A stretch of DNA of 64,000 nucleotides, taken from Lama guanicoe. Lineage: Eukaryota. Positions 58,108-64,000 of the stretch are shown one piece after another. The stretch is from the NCBI GenBank assembly GCA_013239625.1, contig MU053379.1:1294974-1358973 (forward strand), in the 5' to 3' direction. The notes under the pieces were generated by a model. It saw nothing but the letters and a program-made list of their open reading frames with translations, did no database searches and had not been told where the DNA came from. Numbering within the stretch: position 1 is the stretch's first letter; every line of letters starts with the position of its first letter. Both the position numbers and the translations under genes were made by a program.

Positions 58108-60361
58108 TAACTGAGGAAGAATGAAGTGTGATAGAAATGAACCTCGCTGCTCGCGGGGTCCGGTGGAGACTTGCTGTGTTTGGAGACTCTGTCTGTCGGT
58201 GATGGAGGTTGTTCACCTCAGGACATGTCTCTGTGCCCAACGGTGCCCAAGCCCCGCGGGAGACAGAGGTGACGAGCAGAGAGCAGGACAGGATCGTGGC
58301 TGTAGCCGTTCTGGGTGGACAGTCAGCTGCCTGCAGCCACAGGAGATGAGCGGAGCACATGACCGCAGCTAACGTGATGGGCTGCGTGGGGACTGGGGAC
58401 CACGGGAGTCGGCTCCCCTTGGTCCCCGCGCTCGTGTGGCCAGGTGTTTGGGTGTCATGCAGGGGAGGCGTGGCTGCGGCGTCAGGCCGCGGCGTGGGGT
58501 TGGGTGCTTCTGTCCTGAACCCCCATCCCCGTCCGGCGGCGAGGAGGCCGCGGCTTAGCTCAGCTGCGCGAGCTGAGGCTGGTGCTGGGTTGCCGCGGGC
58601 CCTGCGCCCGCCTGCGAGCGTGAGCCAGCTCCCAGGCCGGCCCGGGGTGGTCAGGTGGGGCCCTCACGGGTGCAGCCTTCCTGGAATTGGAGGCAAACTC
58701 AATGTTTTTCCCCCTTCTCTCAAGGATGCCTCAGTGAAGGATAAGTAGAAAGAAGCAGATTTTCATTTTTAAGTGACCTTGCTAAGACTGAGGTACACAA
58801 ATGTGTCTGTCCTTTTGAATGCTCGATCCGGAAGGGGAACACCGGTTTCAGTCATGAACTTGTATTGCTTGGACTCCCGGGGTTCAAGAGGGGCTTCAGA
58901 GGTCACGTCCCTTGATCCCTGGCCCAGGGTGAGGCTCAGTAGTCCCTGATGTGTGCCCCTCTGGCCTGTGCCCAGGCAGTTGAGGCTGGCTGGCCTTGGG
59001 GAAGGAGCCTGGATGGGCCAGAATCGGGGCCGAGGTCCAGCGCTGGCTCTGCTGCTGCTGGCAGGGATGAGGCCCCAGACCCTTGTGGTTTTCGGTTCCT
59101 ACATTATAGGGAGGGAGTTGGTCTGAAAAGTGGCTCCAGGCCACTAGTGACTGAAAGGCAGAAGGAATCTGAGAAGCCATCTAACTTCAGTGGTTAAGCC
59201 TGGCTGCAGACTGGCAGCCTTTTTACAGCCGTGGGATCCTTTCTTCAGGAAGACCCCCTCCGAAGCCAGCACGGAGAGCGGACAGACTTGGTGTTGCTCG
59301 GGCGGTGCCCACCCACCGTCCACTCACTGGGTCCCACCGCGGCACCCTCCACCCCCGCCCCGGGCCTGAGGATCCACTAAGGCCCCGAAGAGCCCGGTTT
59401 CAAACTGAAGTTAGATGGTTTCTATGATTGCTTCTGCGAGGCACCTAGGGGAGAGGGCCAGAGCCAGTCTGCAACCAGGTTGCCTGGAGCAGGGCCGGCC
59501 CGGCCCCTCGGTGTCCTCCCCCATAAACTGGGTGGTGGGCGGGTTATCAGGAGGGTTAAATCATTCTTGTCGACGGCTTTGTGCCCTGCACAGAAGAGGC
59601 ATCAAGGTCAGTGGGGTTGCTGAGGAACCCGTGATTCACTGTATTCAAAAGCAGCTCGGGAAGCTGTATCCTCAGGGCAGCTCATTTTCTCCTGGCCAGC
59701 CTGGCCGCAGCGTGAGCTAGAAGCCCGCCCTCCCCCTGCCCTCCCCCTCGCCTTCGGATCGGAAGGAGCCCGCCCCACCGGCTCCCTGCCTGTGTCTGGG
59801 CCCCCTGGCCTCTCCCCTGCTCCTGGCTTCGCCTTGCACATCTTTTACGCCCCAGTGGCTTTGGGGAGCCGCCTGCTGCCCCTCCACCCCCACCCCATCA
59901 TCCTTGTGCTTTCTGTGCTGGGGCTCATAACATGCCACCCCAGGTGTGCCTTTAACCCCCGGGCGGTGACCTCTTCAGAGCAGCACCCCCTCTCTGTGAC
60001 CTGGCCCCGTGACCCCAGGAATAAATGCGGCTTTGCCTTGCCCCTTTCCTGTGGAAGCTTTGACATACCCAGGAGCGCCCCCTCTTTTTTAAAAATCACT
60101 TTTATTTCTAATTGTGAAAAACCCATAACGTGAAATCAACCGTCTTAACCATTTTTAAGTGTTCAGTTTAGTTAAACGTACATTGACGTTGTTGTGCAGC
60201 GAGTCTCCAGAACTTCTTCATCTCATGAAACTGAACTCCGTACCCAGTAAACACCAGCTCCCCGGCCCCTCTTCCCTGGCCCCTGGTACCACCATGTTTC
60301 TGCTCGTGAGACCCCAGAGGCCTTGTTCTGAAAGTCTGGGTGCTCCTGCTTCAGGGATTGA

Positions 60362-60664
<303 letters not shown>

Positions 60665-60852
60665 TAAAAAAAAAAAAAAAAGTTGGGTCTTTATAGTAAT
60701 TTAACATTTTTTCTGAGTATTAAAAAATAGACATAGGAAGAAGTCACAGGAGGTGTAAAATTAGAAAACAATCTAAATGTTCAATGGTAGGAAAGGTAGG
60801 AAAGGAAGTAATCCAAGAAATACTCAGTTTATGTCACATAATAACATACTGA

Positions 60853-61092
<240 letters not shown>

Positions 61093-61210
61093 TAGAAAAC
61101 CCACAGTTTATTATAATGAGTACAGTGGCTTTTATGCTAGTGAATAAAATCTTTTTTCAGATCCCTGGGGGGGGATTTGTATAATTAGCAATGTTAATAT
61201 TACTTGCTAT

Positions 61211-61675
61211 ACATGAAAAGGTGCTCAACATAGCTAATTATTAGAGAAATGCAGATCAAAACTACAATGAGATAGCACCTCACACAGGTCAGAATAGTCA
61301 TCATTGAAAAGTTTACAAATAACAAATGCTGGAGAGGGTGTGGAGAAAAGGGAGCCCTCCTGCACTGTTCTGGGAATGCAGTTTGGTGCAGCCGTTATGG
61401 AGAACAGCATGGAAGTTCCTTAAAATAGAATAGGCTTACCCTGTGACCCAGCAATCCCACTCTGGGGCGTATATCTGGAGAAAACTCTTAATTATAAAAG
61501 ATACACGCACTCTAGTGTTCACAGCAGCGCTGTTTACAATAGCCAAGACGTGGAAGCAACTTAAGTGTCCATCAAAAAAGAAAGGATGAAGAAAATGTGG
61601 TATATACACACAACAGAATATGGGTCAACCATAAAAAAGAATGAAACAATGCCATTTGCAGCAACATGAATGGAC
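61211..61675 (+). mobile_element. LINE-1 ORF2 C-terminal fragment (sense)
   Basis: acatgaaaaggtgctcaaca...tgctggagagggtgtggagaaaagggagccctcc...gccatttgcagcaacatgaatggac. Confidence 0.88.
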
Positions 61676-61960
61676 ATACAAGTGATAACATGAAGTATTT
61701 GGCACTTGTCTTTCTCTGACTTAGTTCACTTTGCATAATGCCCTCCAAGTCCATCCATCTTGCTGCAACAGGCAGAATTTCGGAGTTTTTTTGTGTTTTT
61801 GTTTTGTTTGTTTTTTAATATCTGAGTAGTATTCCATTGTATGCATACACCGCATCTTCTTTATCTGTTCATCTGTGGATGAACACTAGGTTTGCTTCCA
61901 TGTCTTGGCTGTTGTAAATAATGCTGCTGTGAACATTGGGGTACACGTATCTTTTCTGAT
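61676..61960 (-). mobile_element. LINE-1 ORF2-end fragment (antisense), abutting the sense copy
   Basis: tctgacttagttcactttgcataatgccctccaagtccatcc...gctgctgtgaacattggggtacacgtatctt; ORF fragment MDLEGIMQSELSQR. Confidence 0.85.
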
Positions 61961-62379
61961 TTGTGTGTTTTTTTCATTGTTTTGGCAATTGACTTGACTT
62001 CTGAGTGTCTGTAACTTAGAAGTGATTTCACATGTCCTGAAAAGCTAGGAATTCTGTTTCAGACTTTCCTTAATACCTTCGGATGAAATGATTTTCTTAT
62101 ACTAACAGGCATTTTACAACTTTAAACACAATTTTTTCAGCGTATTAACATCCACCCTGCCAACCGCTTGCCGGTGACGCCAGGGCACCTGCTGCTCCCG
62201 AGGCTTCAGGCTCCTTTAGGGGCTTCCTTTGCCTTCAGCTCATCCCGTGTAGACGTCCCTGACCACAGCCCCCATCCTGCTCACTCACACATTTATTGAG
62301 CACCTTCTGTGTGCAAGTTACAGGTCGTAAAGACAAAGACCAATGATGTCACTCTTGCCCTTCAGAAGTCCTATGTGTA

Positions 62380-62620
62380 GGGGCTGGAAAGGGATAAATT
62401 TGGGGGTTTGAGATTTGCAAATGTTAACCACTATATATAAAAATAGGTAAAAAAACAAATTTCTTCTGTATAGCGTAAGGAGCTATATTCAATGTCTTGT
62501 AATAACCTGAATGAAAATCACATGTATGCATATGCATGACTGGGACATATGCTGCACACCAGAAACTGACACATTGTAGCTGATTATACGTCAATAAGAA
62601 AAATTAACAACAACAACAGC
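62380..62620 (+). mobile_element. LINE-1 extreme 3' end
   Basis: gggataaatttgggggtttgagatttgcaaa...ctgcacaccagaaactgacacattgta plus A/CAA tail. Confidence 0.8.
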
Positions 62621-63090
62621 AGAAGTCCTAAGCCTGCGCGTTATAGGCATTCCTGTGGGCTCTTGGACCCAGTGAGTTTATGGGCGTTTCCTCCAAGCCG
62701 CAGTCAGTCAGAAATCAAGAGCTGGACAGCAAAACGTGGGAAGGCGGAGAGCAGGCTGCAGAGGGACGCCTCTTCCTGGGGTCGTAATAACAGTTCTGTT
62801 TGTAAGACCCATCAGTCTCTCGTTACACCTTCTTACTGCATTTTCTCTCTGCATTGTTTTCTTTTTCAGTTACAGTTAGGAGGGAGAGGGGAGATGTGAC
62901 TGAAACATTTCTGGGAGAACCGAGTGGGTGGCGGTGTCCTGGGTGCCCCTCTTTGCTGACTAGTCAGCTCTGCTCTGCTCCCTTCTGAAACTTGTCTTTC
63001 TGACACAAGACTTCGTAGCTGGAAACAAGTCGTGGGGGCGGGGTGGTAGTGTTAGAACGCCAGCGTCGAAGGAGACCTTCATCACAGTGA

Positions 63091-63369
<279 letters not shown>

Positions 63370-63570
63370 TAATGTGGTAATGTAAATTGACATGCAAGTA
63401 GACTTCCAAATAATGACTTCTTTTTAAATGACTGGTCAAAATATGTTGGTGTAAAAGAAGAGGATTGCCAAGATAAAATACATGTTACATTCTGGGAACC
63501 TAATAAATGGAGAATCGTTGGGGTTAGACTAAAGAAATGGCTTTCTACGTGTAAAAAATTCCTAATTTAA

Positions 63571-63765
<195 letters not shown>

Positions 63766-63769
63766 TGAA

Positions 63770-64000
63770 TAATCCCCCCCTTACCCACATTTTCACTTTA
63801 TAAGGTTTCAGTTATCCGAGGTCAGCTGTGGTCAGAAAATTCCAGAAATAAGTAATTCATAAGTTTTGAATTGAGCGCCATTCTGAGCAGCATGTTGAAA
63901 TATCACACCTTCCTGCTCCATCCTAAATTATCACTTGTTTTAGTGCATCCGTGCTGAAAATGCTACCTGCCCATTAGTACCTGTATTGGAGAACCATAGT
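63770..64000 (+). mobile_element. MER44-like (Tigger7-derived) DNA transposon
   Basis: atcccccccttaccc...ggtttcagttatccgaggtca...ttccagaaataagtaattcataagttttgaattgagcgccattctgag. Confidence 0.75.

Overview
Mammalian genomic DNA, very probably camelid (about 12 copies of the camelid tRNA-derived Vic-1-type SINE). It is the conserved DZANK1-POLR3F-RBBP9-SEC23B block (human 20p11.23 orthologue). Contents: the 5' end of DZANK1 (-; coding exon 3266-3374 plus the first 8 nt of the next exon), POLR3F (+; 8 of 9 coding exons visible, exon 6 inferred inside the N run at 15089-15260), a complete RBBP9 (-; 5 exons, 186 aa) and SEC23B (+; coding exons 2-19, last exon outside the window). All exon junctions were read by hand, are GT-AG and are phase-consistent. 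The rest is CpG-island promoters, SINE/L1/L2/MIR/hAT repeats and a cluster of ERV LTRs between RBBP9 and SEC23B. I found no convincing new multi-gene system. The most interesting signals are in SEC23B: radical changes at normally conserved residues (Y604C, R670Q, L721Q), where the L721Q codon also creates an in-frame cryptic acceptor that would splice out the Sar1-GAP arginine finger. Comparisons with human and yeast proteins and repeat family names come from memory and need database confirmation.
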